Assembly (NCBI RefSeq): GCF_000150275.1
Contig: NW_002060945.1
Coordinates: forward strand, 2,379,172 to 2,443,171
Length of the DNA: 64,000 bases
Source: Trichoplax adhaerens
Lineage: Eukaryota; Animalia; Placozoa
Reading direction: 5' to 3'
The position numbers and the translations under genes were made by a program. Below the pieces are notes generated by a model, which was not told the DNA's origin, did no database searches, and worked only from the letters and a program-made list of their open reading frames with translations. Positions 1-14,308 of this stretch are shown here, piece by piece. How positions within the stretch are numbered: the first letter of the stretch is position 1; the number at the start of each line of letters is the position of its first letter.

Positions 1-19
1 ATATTGCTATTGATATTTT

Positions 20-560
20 AAAGAGAGATAACTTTTACAGCGTAACGAATGATTTTTTTCAAGTATAGCGTATTACTAAGCCTGTGATTTTAAATCATAG
101 AGAGGAAGCAAATATCGGTGTTGAACTGAAATATCCAGTGAATCAATGGAATTTTATAATGAAGTGATGTCGCTGTTGATATAAGCGTATTTAAGGGAGA
201 TAATTGTTAGGAGAAATAAATGACTTTTTCAAAGTAAATATAGAACATTGCCAAGCCTGTAATTTAAAATAATATAGTGGAGCAAATGGTGATACTTAAC
301 TGAAGTCTCTATCGAATTACTGATAGATTACAAGTGAGATCATTCTAAAGGGAAAGTTAATGATACTTTCAAAGTGAAATAATTTGTGTTAGGCTATTGA
401 TTTTAAATGATATACTTGTAGAAGGAGCAAACGTTGGTATTAAACTGAAGGTTAAAAGCTAAGCTCGAACATTTTGGATGACACTTTTGCCTTATTAAAG
501 GGAGAGTTGTAAGAGAAAAAATGGAATGATTCTTTCAAAATAAAGCATATTACTAAGCCT
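20..560. repeat. Degenerate tandem repeat, about 155-175 bp unit, about 3.5 copies
   Basis: Block aagrgaga...gaatga(t/c)t.tttcaa recurs near 21, 193, 348 and 498. Block ggagcaaa...ggt...aactgaa recurs near 104, 279 and 425. Confidence 0.7.
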
Positions 561-1036
561 AGCCATCGTATTAACTTTGTTTTAATGCATTATATCGCTT
601 CCTGTAAACCTTACGTACTCTTTGCTACTATCGTACTGGTGTATTGTTTTTATTTTCGATTAAAAGCAAATTGAATAGATATTGGCTGTTTTAAAGCGTT
701 TACTTCCGGTCGTGCTGTCATGTCCTTACCGTGCTCTATTTTAGCACAGTGCAGTTTATCAGGGTAGTCATGCTTACGAAAGTTGTTGGTATTACTGATA
801 TTCTTAAAAGTAGATTTAGTAGTCGATATTCATTTACTCGAAACATGTTGACAACAACCTAATGTTTTAATGAATCAAGATTTGGTATTACTGATATTCT
901 TAAGTGATATTCCGAGTACTATCATTAAGCAGAAATCTTTGCAAAAAGTAAGCGATTTCTTACCTTTAAAAGCTTGTAAAAGACTAATGGATAGTGCTAG
1001 AACTACAGGATAACGTCCATTTTTTTAATGGCGTAT

Positions 1037-2645
1037 GGTGAAGAAAGCAACAAATGTTGTCATTTTTGAGTGCTATCTTAACAGATTTTCTTCATCATCT
1101 TATTTTATAAGGCATGCTGTTGTAATACTTTTACACTTACAGTTTGATACCATAGTATCTTACTTGATCAGACGAGAATATCGATTATGAAATGGTAGCA
1201 CTGCGGCTTCTTAACTTTACAGAGATGATGATTTGAATTCTCGAAGGAGAATACTATTATTAATTGAAAATTTGAAAGATGTTGGTGGACAGTCAATGGG
1301 GATATAATTGCTAATCAAATTGGTATTGGTAATTCAATCCGACCCATCGTGGCCAGAGTGGAGGCTAGGCGTAGCACAACTGTTTAGCTCAGCGTACAAT
1401 TGGATATTGAATCGTTCTTCATTTCGCTATTTGGTTCTCTTTTGATTCATAAGACGACAGCATAGATGCAGATTGGTAAAGGTGCAAATGCTGCCATTTG
1501 TTAGGAGCGAAATTTTTTCAATCTCTTAGCCCAGATTGCATTACGTCATATGCTCGACCATGCTCATAACCCTAACCACTGTTTTCCGGTCCAGTAGGTG
1601 AAATATTGCACAGGCATGGACTTCTAGAAATAGACCATTGTAGTTTATTTCTAGAAGTTAATGGCACTGCTATGCTCTGTAGTCTAGAAGTACAATTCAG
1701 TGAATGAGTGAGTGAGTGCTGATACTTTTAGAGATGGTAGTCTGTATCGTTTTTTAATTTCGCTATAACATTAAAATTATAAAGTAATTCTGATTGATCT
1801 AGTCGTCTTGGATTGAGATCGTAAAGGGCAAATGTGGCCATTTGTTACGCAGGAGTATTTTACGGGATATTGGATCTCTGCGCGTACTACAGTAGATCAT
1901 GTCATGGACTACTAAAATACTAAAATACTAAAAGTATATTTAGTAGTCGATGTTCATTTACTGGAAACATGTTGACAACAACCTAATGTTTTCAACTGCA
2001 ACATTGCACTGCAGCTATGCTCTCAGCTTATTTCAAATCAATGGGTTGATTGAATGAGTGTACTGATGTTCAACTACTGTTGGCTCATTTGACAGAGTCA
2101 TTCCTCATTTCGAACATCTTTGGATTGGTGATGATTCTTCAGCTTGATCAGGGACCTCTAAGAAGTTGTTAGGTTGATGCAAATTGTAAAAAGATGCAAA
2201 ATTGTTGTTGTTGCAGATCTTAGGATCGCCATTTGTTGTACTAGTATGAATGTGATGCAGTCCTATATAAAACACATACAGCAGTACGTGGTATACTCGA
2301 ACATGCCCACAATGACCCTATGTTTTCCAATAAAAAGAGTAAAATTGTCGACTATTATGCTCTCTCGAGTCTAGTAGGTTGATACGATCTAGTTTAGCAT
2401 TTACATCTCGCCGGTCTTTTTACCTCTATGGTTCAGAGAATGACCAATGGACATGTTAGCTGCAGCTGTATTACATTCTCACTTGTTTAAATTATCGTAT
2501 ATATTAAATTATTCTTCATTTCAAGCATGTGCCAACTCGACAACTGATGTAAAGATACAAATGTTGCCATTGGATGAATGGCAACATCTTGGATTGGCTA
2601 GCGCATACTGTAGCATGTCATGGACTCGAACATGTCCTGACCAAG
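1037..2645. repeat. Highly degenerate tandem repeat, about 350-430 bp period
   Basis: Core gtaaag..(g/a)caaatg.tgccatt(t)g recurs near 1040, 1476, 1821, 2187 and 2549. ctcga(a/c)catg recurs near 1554, 2296 and 2626. Confidence 0.5.
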
Positions 2646-2647
2646 CA

Positions 2648-2800
2648 TACTGTACAGTGTACAGTCGATTGTCTCCACAAAATGAGTGAATTCCATACTG
2701 AACTGTACTGCAGTAACACACCGTGTACAGTGTACAGTCTGCAATACAGTACTGTACACTGTACACTGTTCTATGAGACAGACAGACTGCGACTGCTATA
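2648..2800. promoter_or_regulatory. TACAG/CTGTA motif array upstream of CDC27 (candidate promoter)
   Basis: Dense tactgtacagtgtacag and tacagtactgtacactgtacac tracts about 600 bp 5' of the CDC27 ATG, followed by tgcgactgcta (2788-2798). Confidence 0.5.
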
Positions 2801-3402
2801 AAATCCGTTATTGAATGCGCAAGCGTCGACGAATTCAAAAAAAAATTGCTACAGCGATCAACCAACCAAACTGTTTTTATTCTTTCATTCTACCACCAGA
2901 TCTGATAGGAAAGGAAAAGAAAGTGGGTTACCTTGGTCAAATTGATATTTCACGCACTCCTGCCTTAAACAGGGTTTACTTGAATTGTGGTCATTGACCG
3001 ACCAGTCACCTCAACACTCAAACTCAGTCATTGAAGTTGGTTGAAGCGTTTGTATTGACTCACTGACTTCACCCGTTTTGTATGAGGCGCACTCTTCACT
3101 GTCCATTTTTCTATGCAGCTTTTGCCAACTCAAAACTGCTCTTCTTCTTACAACCTAAATAATTTCCTCTTTTAATCCTTGTTTATTGCCAACTTAGTGC
3201 TTAATTTTCATTTGGAGACTGCTTGTGGCATTATCCATCTTTACTCTTGAAGAAATTTTCAATAGGAAATTGTTGATTGGATTCTCTTTTAAGCGTAAGT
3301 ACGACGAGTTGTTGGCACAATCATTTGTCAAGATCGATTCAAAGCAACTTTTTGCCTAACGCATTGACTAGGTACCTACTCTTCCAGCTTGGTCTATCTC
3401 CC

Positions 3403-6400
3403 ATGACTTGCTACGAGACTTTAAAGGTATTTTAAAGTTGGATTTGTCTCCTTAATGATAGAAAATTTATAATTTGACAGCTTTATCCTAAGTATTGAAA
3501 CAATGGATTTGATAGCAGCAGCAACGCTGTTTACAACTACTGCATGGATATAGGGCTCGGCTCGTCTTGCCGACGACGACAACGGATAAAAATGTAGCCA
3601 TTCTATTTTGGAATGTTGCCATCATTCTTCTTAAGTTTTGCATGCCTATTTCTACAAGTCATCAGTACGTGTATCCATTTTCTGCATGCTAAAAGTATTG
3701 ATGGTAACAGAAGAATAACGTAGATAATAAGATATACTCTTGTACAGAAAATCAACTATCAATGAACTTGTAGGCTTTGTACAACCGAATGAGGAGATAG
3801 ACAAATGCCCGATCTATCTATAGTACGATTGAACTGCAAGTAACTATTTCTATCTGCAATACTCCAAACTGCAGCATTACATAGCAGTGAAAAATTGTTA
3901 AAATTTTGCTACATTATCCAACGTATAGTGTAAAGTACATTATAAGGATAGATTACTGACCGATAAAGATATTTTGACTTACAAACAATAATACAATTAA
4001 TACTGCCTTCATTTTTATCCATAGGCTGCTGTTTCGCACTCATTAGAACACTATCACTACGCCGATGCAATCTTTTTAGCAGAGAGACTTTTAGCTGAAG
4101 GTTTGTTATAGACATTTCCTGCGTCATTGACTATACGATTGAAGTATCCGTGAACGATGATGCTCAGTAATGCATCTAACTTCAAGTTTTCACTAATGCC
4201 AAGTACAATGCGATCAGATTCAATCATTGCACTGAATAGTCTGTAATGTTTACTCTTAACAGTCATTGCTTGTAAAATTATACCAACAGTAATAATCCTG
4301 TACTGAATTTGAAATGATGATAATTCGGATAAAGTGTCCTACCCTAAGATCTATTCTACTAGCTTGATTGCAAATTTGCAATGCGCTGGTTGTGATCGTT
4401 TTATTGGCTAAACAATTTAAAAACTCCAAATTATACGAGCATCATGATACAGAATATTATTATAGATAGAATACTGAACAGTGCAATATATTGTTAAATG
4501 GCAATCAATCACTTAAGCTTTCAGCAAGTAAAAGCTAAAAGTGGATACAAAAATAAACGTTACAACTTATCGTTGTTATCATTTATTGATAGCCAATTCA
4601 GACGAAACAGCATTTATACTGGCTGATTGTTATTATAAAGCGCAACAATATCAGCGGGCTCGTTGGCTACTAACTACTCATCATTGCAAAAGTGCCAAAT
4701 CTCGTTATCTATTAGCATCATGTTACTTCAAACTGGAAAAGTAAGTGTTAACCACAGTATCATGTATAGATGCGTTGCTTTAAATTTAGAACCTTGTTAA
4801 CGTAAATTAAGAACTGCATAGCATGACGACAGTTTTATTAATGTCTTAAGTGGAACTTGAAAGGCGTGAATTCACTTGTTGACGCCAAGTTAAGTCCTTG
4901 TCGGTTGTACAGTTACATATAGCTTTAATAATTTTTATCCCCAATTACATCAGTATTGCTAGACAACAACTACAACTGATTATTACGAGTTCAGTGATAC
5001 TATATAAGTTCATTATGACTGGTTTTAACATTTTCAAAAAATTTCCATTTGATAACGCATGTAACATGATTGCGATCTATTTCTAATAGCTATCCCAAAG
5101 CGGAACATATTTTAGGCAACTGTCAGTCTTTCATTGATTGCCCTTCCGTTGATGATGTACAACATTGCTTTGGCTCGCATGCTGGCTATGCCTTAGGTTT
5201 ACTAGGTGATATTTACAGGTTAGCATTGCTCCTAAATTGTACTTTGTTATTAGCAGTTAGCAAGTTGTGGTTGTTTAGCGACGCGAAATACATATGGTAA
5301 TTAGCGTAGCTATGCACGAAAATAGATCATTCCAATGTTTTACTCAACACGTTGATTGCTGCTTTATCGCCATACAGGAAAACTAATAGAAGTACCAAAG
5401 CTATAGAATTCTATCGTGCCAGTCTCTCGTGCAATCCTTTCATATGGTCATCATTTGAATCTCTTTGCAAATTAGGTATAGTTTGTTAATCTTTCTATAT
5501 TTTTACCACTAGTCGTCATATAATCGGGCGGTATTTTATTATATATTGAAAGAATCAGTACCTAAGGATACTTTTTGAAGGATTTAGGGTCGACATTTCA
5601 CTTTCTGTTCAAACTCTTAGCTTGATACAAAGCCTGCATAATTTTTCTCTAGAATTAGATTTCGATACTGAATCAGTTGTATCAAGTAAAGCCCGTAGGA
5701 AAACGTAAATTCTTTATGTTCAACTTAGCTGGTTCATTTATTTTATAGGTGTAAATGCAGATCCGGCGGACTTCTTTCAGAGAGCTTGCAAAGAAAATTT
5801 ACCTACTAATCACCAGACACCGATCGCAGGTGTCGAAATGTGCAGTAAAGGTATAGATAATCAAAGATATCTCATGTAAATGATTTTCTAAATATATTTG
5901 ATCATTCTTACATAGAATCAACTCCAGCTGGTATTAATTTTGATGACGTTAGTACCCCAAAGTCGGGCATTAATACTCCGGGTAATATTAGTGTATTATC
6001 AAATCATAACGAATCAATATTTGTGGGCCCCACACAACAGAAAGTGGGACGAAATCTGCTGGGTACGTCGTCTATTAATTCGGTTACCTCCAGGTTCGTA
6101 TGTAAATTGCCATTATATAGTTTTCTTAATCTGCATTTTCAACAAGTAATCATTACAGTTATAGACTCGTCATTTTTTAATAAGAATGTGTGCATGTAAA
6201 TAAAACACGAGTAATTTCCTATAAAACTATAGTATTGGAGTACACCCAATAGATGCTTCTACTAATGAAAGTAAAAAGATGTTTACCACTCCATCATCGG
6301 TTCGCGGTTCTGATGGCACTCAGATTCGAACTCAGGCCAGAATGCAATCTGAACCTAGAGCTCCTAGAAAGGTATTACTTTTAATAGACAATTTATTTAT

Positions 6401-9175
6401 TACGCTTTCTAGAAATTTATTCCAATAAATTCAAACTATAATTCAATTGTTCGACTGCTACTATAGGGAACCTATGATAATGGAAATCACCGTCAAAAGG
6501 TAACGTCGGAGTCTTCCAATATCATAGCATGTTCTGAAAGCCAACGTTTGGGACCTATGAATATTGTCACTAGCAGTTTTATTGAAACACCGTCACCAAC
6601 CAGTAATAAGAAAGATAGATTGGATAATTCAACTGCTGCTCGACCAGTGCTTAGGCGGAGTACGAGATTATATAACGCATCTTCTAAAGTTGGGCTAAAA
6701 ACTAAGGTATGAAATATTTTGTTGACTATAAAAAATATATATATATTACATACTTACAGTACGATGAATAGTTTTATTACGCAATTTTACTGCTATTATA
6801 ACAGTGGTAAGTGTTTAGCCACAATACGATACCCTTACAAACAATAAGACAGGGCTGATATTACACATCTCATATTTATAGGGTATTATGAGAACAAAGT
6901 GCAAGCTTAATTCTACCTCTGTTACGAAGAAGTATAATAAGGTCGGTCCTTTTTCTTGTCTTAAAGAATGCTATTATGGTTATGATTGCATTTAGGCAAT
7001 AATTTAATAGCTATCTAAATAATTGTTGTATTAGTTTCTTTCATTATTATTATTTCTTTAATGGATAATTTCTGATTATAATATATCTGTGTATTGCTTC
7101 CGTTAGATGGCTCGTGGAAAAAATATAGAAGACACTCGAACTCCTTTATTAACTCCTGGCCAAGAAACCACACGACATGATAAACGTCAACTACGCAGTA
7201 ATCGTGCTTTAGTTTGTAATGCTGGATCAACAGGTACTTTTTTAATACACCTTAAAATATCAGATTTCATGCATGAGATGCCACATTGAAGCTTTCATGT
7301 TAATATATCATTTTGTATTATACCATAATTATAGATGAACTCATGACGTTGCTCTACGATATTGCTAAAGCTTATATGGCGCTGTGTTCTTTCAAATGTA
7401 AACAAAGTATTAAGTTCTTTAATTCCCTGTCATATCACCACTACAATACATCTTGGATTTTGTGTCAAGTTGGCAAGGCCTTTTATGAAAGCTGTCAGTT
7501 CAGAAAGGTTAGAATACTAGAATGTGAAGAAGCTTTTAGCAGGAGTAGTACAGTAGCTATTCGAGGGTGTATATAGTGTCGTATGATAATATTCAATCGT
7601 ACTCTTATATATTTACATCACTATGTAGGCGGCGGCAGTATTTGCTAATGTGCGAAAGTTAGACCCTTACAAAGTTGAAGGTAACCTTTCATTACTACTT
7701 GATGCTAAAATTATCTGAACGATATTTAACCTTTTTATCTATATTCTTAATAGATATGGATATTTATTCTACGACTCTTTGGCATCTGCATAAAGAATCT
7801 GATCTAGCTTATCTTACGCATGAGATGATTGACATATCCCGTCAATGTCCACAGGTAAATGTTTACTGATTTCAGAATCAATGCTATACTCTGTAAGAAA
7901 ATTATATAAATCGTGGCGATATGTTTTATCTCGTATCAAAACCAAATAATTATTAATTATTAAATATTTATTAAATTTAGACATGGTGTGTCGCTGGAAA
8001 TTGTTTCAGCTTGCAAAAGGAACATGATGATGCAATTAAATTTTTTCAACGTGCACTGCAGGTAATGATGGCGATATGAAACTAAATTAAAAAAGCACAT
8101 TTAAAAATAGTTTATATTTCAACTAATCCAATCAAATTATTTATCGATACAGGTGGATCCTAGTTTCGCGTATGCCTATACATTGTTAGGACATGAGTAT
8201 AGCCTTATAGGAGAGCTTGACAAATCACAAAAGTTATTTAAAGATGCTGTATATGCCGATAGTAGACACTATCATGCTTGGTATATGAAATAGCTTAGCT
8301 TAAATGAACATTGCAATACAATATGCAGGCTTTTGATTTGCCACTTACCGATTGTATTGTTATCGAAATAGGTATGGTATGGGAATGATATACTATAAAC
8401 AAGAGAAATTTGATTGGGCTGAAGTTCGTTTTAAGCAGGCATTCGCGATAAATCCTAGTAGCTCTATATTATTATGTCATATTGGCTTGGTAAGTAATTA
8501 GTGATTTGCGTCTGAATAGCACTTCGTTATACAGATAACAAAGTATTGAAACAACTATAGGCACAACATGCTCAAAACCGAAGCGATGAAGCCTTAACAA
8601 CTATGGAAAGTGCTATAAAACTTGATCCTAACAATATTTTATGTCAATATCATCATGCTGCAATGCTATACGCTATTGGTGAATACGAGGTGCGTATTTG
8701 ATTAGATTTAAGGTGGTGTATTAACTACGATTGAGCCAGTTGTTAAATTATTGTAGAAAGCCTTATCCGGATTAGAAAAGTTAAAGAAAACAGCTTCTAG
8801 AGAGTCCCTTGTTTATTATATGATTGGAAAGGTAGCTAATGAATATCATCAGTTTTGAATAATGTTCGATATAAATGTTGTAAAATTATATCCATCAAAT
8901 TTTTTATTAAAATTTTTTCTCCATTTTTACACTCTTGGTAGATTTATGATAAATTGAATCAGCCTCATTTAGCGTTCATGAATTACTCTGAAGCATCTCA
9001 TCTGGATCCTAAAGGACAAAATAATGCCATTAAAGAAGAAATTAACCGCCAATATTTAAATGAACGTAATGACAACGGTGCCAATGATAATGGAATTGGA
9101 GTTTTAGATGCGGTTCTAGAACAAGATCCAGATAATGATAACTCTAATTTCTCTGAAACTGACGAAGCTGAATGA
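3403..9175 (+). CDS. CDC27: Cell division cycle protein 27 (APC3), TPR subunit of APC/C; multi-exon
   Basis: Exons include 3403-3426 (MTCYETLK, tentative), 4025-4100 (AAVSHSLEHYHYADAIFLAERLLAE) and 4593-4740 (TAFILADCYYK...). Later exons encode SLSCNPFIWSSFESLC, MDIYSTTLWHL, TWCVAGNCFSLQKEHDDAIKFFQRALQVDPSFAYAYTLLGHE and AWYGMGMIYYKQEKF. The last exon, IYDKLNQPHLAFMNYSEASHLDPKG, ends at TGA 9175. Introns checked are GT-AG. Confidence 0.95.
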
Positions 9176-10024
9176 AGGACAAACGGCTATTTGACATGAG
9201 AGAGGGTATTGTAATGTTACATTTCAAGGAAGATGTTATTTTTAATGAAACTTGTTAGGAGCAAACGATGGTTTATATTATCAATGGAATGGGAGAAGTG
9301 TTTTACTAATCTTTAACCGAGGTTATTTGTAATATAATTGTAATTGCAAATACAAAATGGTATTTGTAATACACATTTGTTTACAATATCTTAGGGTTCT
9401 TATGAATAAATACTGTACATATAGTGACGCTCTGTTTGTACTATAGATATAGATGATGCGCGTGGTATTAATTTTACCACTCATAAGTTAGGTTAACACA
9501 GATGCTGAAAAGCGTATGACTAAGATTGTTATAATCATATAACAAATTTTATTTGTTTTCTCATATCACGAACAACATAACTGCTTGATGTAATACCTGT
9601 TGCATAAAGCATAACAATGCAATCCAGTTGAACATTATTGAAATTACCAGCATACGTCAAATTCCCGCCATTTTATAGTACCGTAAATAATTTTTACTAA
9701 TAATAAAATTGGGTAACACTTGTATTAGACATAAAACATAGAAATAAAAAATAAATAAGCGAATCGATAATATGACTTTTTGCTTGAATGAAGCACAATT
9801 ACAGGAGTTAAATACCCTAATCAGATAAGCAGTACGCTTTTCATTAAGTACTGCATAGTTGTAATTAAAACTAATATCAATACATGTCAGCAAACAGGAC
9901 AGTAGTTGCTATACATGAGTAAGCATTTAAAAGGTCATGCAAGCGTACAGATAAAACTAAGTACGTGTAACATGGCATTTATAAAAATTTTAGTATTTCG
10001 TATTTTATAATCACGTTTTTGCTT

Positions 10025-12494
10025 TCACACTTTATTACTTGTGAGCTTGTCCTTATATTTTGCGTATGTATATAGTATTGCGCCAATCATATTTATTGAA
10101 ACTCCAGCAACAGTAAAGGTTGTTGCAGGTACTCCACCAAAAGTAAAAAAACCTATAATAGTTGTTACTAGTCCCTTTATTACTCCAACAATGCTGGTAT
10201 TTATATAAAAAAATTCAAAATAAAAATCAGTTTTTCAGTCAGTATCTAAATAAGTGACGATACTTCGTCGTGTCAATATGAGCTAAAATCACACATTTAT
10301 TCGTATTACAACTTGAAAGAATGAGTCAAACTGACCTTGTGGTTAATGCCGAATTGACGGTAGTACATAAGAATAGAGAATAATTTAAAAGGCAACCCAA
10401 GCCAGCGGCGAAGAAAAACACCGCCTGTATGATTAATAGCAATACGTTGAATAGAAGAACATTACTTGTATGTATTATAGCTCCGTGTAGTAATTCACTT
10501 GCTATGTAGTATTAATTGTAAAATGTTGCGCCAAAGCTAGTCTTGACGTATATAAGATTATCTTTACAATTACTACAGTAGTAAATACTGTGAAAGAACG
10601 TAAGATTAATAATTACGCATATTCTCTTAATACATGAAATGACATTATTAAACTTACTTGAAATCGCCAATCCCTTAAGCGTGTATACGTAGTGGCTTGA
10701 TAAATCTCTCCTGTTATAATTGCAATTAATATTTGGAAAGGTAAACAATTTACAGTATTGAGATAGAGTATAGATGAAGTTGAAAACTCAGTACGAGCTC
10801 CAGCTCTTTCAACTAATGTTAGATAGATTGATTGGGAAACTACACTGATTAAAGCATTCACATAGCCAAAAATGTGAGAAGAAAGATCGTGCATGCCTAT
10901 ATTTAGAAAATAATAAAGTGGCCAATGATAACAGTTGATCAATGCGAGGAATACCATAACGTTGAAATAGGTAAGCTATCAGGAATAGAAATTACAATTG
11001 ATTCCTTACCGGCTACAACACAACCAGTAATGATGAGAGCGATTGAAAAGCATACCATAACAGAAGGAATTTTAGAAAGTAGAATAACAGATAAAATCAA
11101 ATTCATCAGTAATCCCAGGCGTTTCATGACAGTATACCTGTGAAGTGAATTTCTTTGTTAGATATTTTTTGGCATAATTTCTTCTGGAAATTAATTAAAG
11201 TATGTATTGCATTACTTTAAATTTATAGCCAGATGGCTTGATAAAAGATACCGAAAGCATTAAAAAGGTTGTATTACTTACATTGGAATATTTAAATCGG
11301 TCAAGGCGCTAATTGCAAAAGTTGTGTTTATAGCATAGCATAATGCAGGCAACATCAACTTGCGTCCACTATTTTATTCAATTGAAAATTGAGTAATATA
11401 AATAGAAGTAGGAAATAAATATAGTTAAGAATGAATGAGTCAATCTTTTTCACTGGATTTAAAAAATTTTCTATAGGATACCAATTCTGTTGACATTACA
11501 TTAAATTACAGATTGAATTTTGTTATTCATAGAGTATCTTATCGAAACTGTCCATTCGATATGAAACTAACTGAGCTCTTGTTACTGTAAGATATGATAA
11601 CCTCTAAAAGACTATTGTATTCAATTCTGACTATCATATTCAACGTGACTTACACTAATTCTATCTTTACGAATTAACTATTTTTAACAGAGTAAAGATA
11701 TTTACTGCTTACTTTTCCATTGTAAAAGGGATTAACTTGATAAGTTGAAAATAATGTAATAGTCTTAAGATGATTAGTGTTAAAATCATTTGGACTAAAA
11801 CCAAGACTACTGGATAAGGAAAGCCAAACGTCGTCATTACTGCCTACAAAGTTGAAACAACAGAATTGCTATAAGCTTTCATTGCCTAAACTGTATTATC
11901 ATGAGATCTATTTAGCAAATGGCTGCTTTAAATTTATGACAAGTGTTGCAAACGATTATGATTAAGAATAAAACTTCATTAAAATTAGTGCATACTATCA
12001 ACCCTGATAAATGATAATAATAGGAATGATGCAAAATAGAATAAATTCAATTCAATCGTACTTCTGCTGAAGAGGTTATGAAAAAGGCTTTCCACTGTAA
12101 TGTGCTATTCTGATTAGTTTATGTAATTGGATTAACACAGTATGATGTGTGATAATTTAACACGGTGTATCAATAATTGTATCTTACTAACAGGAAAGGA
12201 ATTATATTGATTGTTAATTAATTCATTAGGTTAGCTCTGTAAAGAGTGCAGTAGTTCAATCATTTCTATGCCATATCGTGGAGTTGGCCACAATATCATC
12301 CATATTCAATTTGTCCTGCGGTAATAAGTAAGACATAATAGGCTTACCTTATTAACGAAAGCAATCGATCCAGAGATTACCCCATAAAATAATGCAGCTA
12401 ATAAAGAGATTGTTGTCGATGATTTTTGGGCCAAGTCTTGATCTGTACTTGAGGAAGCATCTTCAATTTGGGAATGAGTTTGGCCGTGCTTCAT
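10025..12494 (-). CDS. SLC35D-family UDP-sugar transporter (SLC35D3/fringe-connection-like); multi-exon
   Basis: First exon ...LLAALFYGVISGSIAFVNK, then ALTDLNIPMYTVMKRLG and LFLCTTVNSALTT. Last exon SIVGVIKGLVTTIIGFFTFGGVPATTFTVAGVSINMIGAILYTYAKY...KV* stops at 10025-10027. Confidence 0.88.
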
Positions 12495-13737
12495 TTTAAC
12501 GAAAGGCTATGCTAATGTGGATTATTATACAGTACAGCAGAATGAATAATTGATTGAATGCTACTGTAGCTAGGCTGTAGCCTTGCTTACATAGTGCATT
12601 GCAAACCTTATTACGAACTTTAATATAATTTATCATTCATCAGTAGCAACTAGTGTACTGTATATATTGTATTGATAGTATTTTGTGATAATTATTTTTG
12701 GGCTACTTGTTGCGGCTTCTATACGCCAGTGGTCATTGAATTAAATTGAAAACAATTGTCTGTCATGATCTTAATAAGGTATAATAATTAATATGATCAA
12801 TGTTAGATCGTAGTGTGTCAATACTTGTAAACTGTCAGATAACTGGAGGGAGACTATCAACAATTTAGCTGTATCTCTCAATCTACGCGTCGTTCTCAAA
12901 CGAGCGATGGGCTGCAGTCCGATAGCACAGCATTTGGCTCTAGCTTTGTTTCATTTCAATGTTCAATTGATCGGCTAACGTTTTCAGAATTTTCAGTATC
13001 TTCGCCGTGGCCTCTAACCTAGTACAGTAGTAGGGGTGATCTCAAGAGATGTACAGCATACTACTTTATTCCTTTTTTAACAGTCCAGCTTGCAGCTCAA
13101 GGACGTTGTCATGATACGGTAGTTGATTTAACAGGTACGTACCATGTGATCCCTTTCCATTCGATAGTGTCATTTTTACATCAATTTTGACGAAAGTGAT
13201 GCAAAATAGATGATGAACGGATAGCTCTTGACTTGGGGAGTTTTTCTATCCGTGATTCAATTTTACCTTTCAATTCTAAATTTATAATAACAGTTCTTCA
13301 GTCTTGGGACGGCCCATCATGAGTTGTATTATTTCTTAGACGTTTTATTCAAGTTTTTACTATTCAGACATCTCGAATGAAAGGGGATCACTTTAAAGTG
13401 GAAACTTTGTATGAGTCACTCCTCTTTTCAATTTTCAACCAACTTACAGTAAACTATGACTTATCTAAAAAAGAGATCGATTCTTCCTTATGGGCAGAAT
13501 CTTTTTGCATTAAGATGAAAGTATTCTCTTTAAACTGATAAAATAGCATTGATGGCAGCTATCCATAACCTGTATTACATAGGAACTGCCAACAGTAGAG
13601 TCTGTCAAAGATCGATTCTTTCCAAGGCTGTTGGCCTACCGCAGGGTGCTATACTACTTACTACAGCTAGCGAGACTTACCTGGACTCGAGCAATCGCTC
13701 TGTCTTTCTTAACCCTCAACTCTTGGCACTTTTCAAC

Positions 13738-14308
13738 CAGCAAAGTTAGGACATTGATCTTTTACAGCAGCCAGTAGGCATGGCAATTAAAACTGCGATT
13801 TATCCAGGTAAGGTAAGATAGCTATGATGGACGATTTCGACGATCGTTGAAAGAGGATTCTCTCCTTAGTGGATGACAACGTTACCTGAGTCGTTGGTTG
13901 GTTGACGCAACGTTCTATGAATGACTATAGGAAGCGGTGCTATGAAAGTATTGGCTTCTACAGTGTACAGTGTACAGTACTTGCGACTGCTACCAGGATT
14001 TCTGCAGCAAAGTTAGGACATTGATCCTTTACAGCAGCCAGTAGGCATGGCAATTAAACTGCGATTTATCCAGGTAAGGTAAGATAGCTATGATGGACGA
14101 TTTCGACGATAAGGTAAGATTTCGATGATCGTTGAAAGAGGATTCTCTCCTTAGTGGAGGACAAAATTCAACGGTGATACGTCACCTGAGTGGTTGGTTG
14201 GTTGACGCAACGTTCTATGAATGGCTATAGGAAGCGGTGCTACAGTATGAAAGTATTGGCTTCTACAGTGTACAGTGTACAGTACTTGCGACTGCTACCA
14301 GGATTTCT
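13738..14308. repeat. Recent tandem duplication (copies 13738-14004 and 14005-14308)
   Basis: Both copies begin cagcaaagttaggacattgatc and end tgcgactgctaccaggatttct. Copy 2 carries small insertions. Confidence 0.95.

Noticed and set aside
610-965. Possible minus-strand exon at ~730-802 and an ETS-like ACTTCCGG at 702
   Set aside because: No in-frame neighbouring exon or recognisable protein; a gene cannot be supported.
2174-2997. Short ORFs rich in C/T/V/Y/S/Q (also 14190-14434, 25958-26449, 33740-33963, 40354-40633)
   Set aside because: They are translations of the TACAG/CTGTA arrays, which are poor in stop codons; no protein homology.
4312-4380. C-box-like ATGATGA in CDC27 intron 2 (also 45956, 49438)
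   Set aside because: No properly spaced CTGA D box or terminal stem, so no snoRNA call.
13673-13700. ACTTACCTGG resembling the 5' end of U1 snRNA
   Set aside because: No U1 stem-loops or Sm site follow; better read as a minus-strand splice donor.
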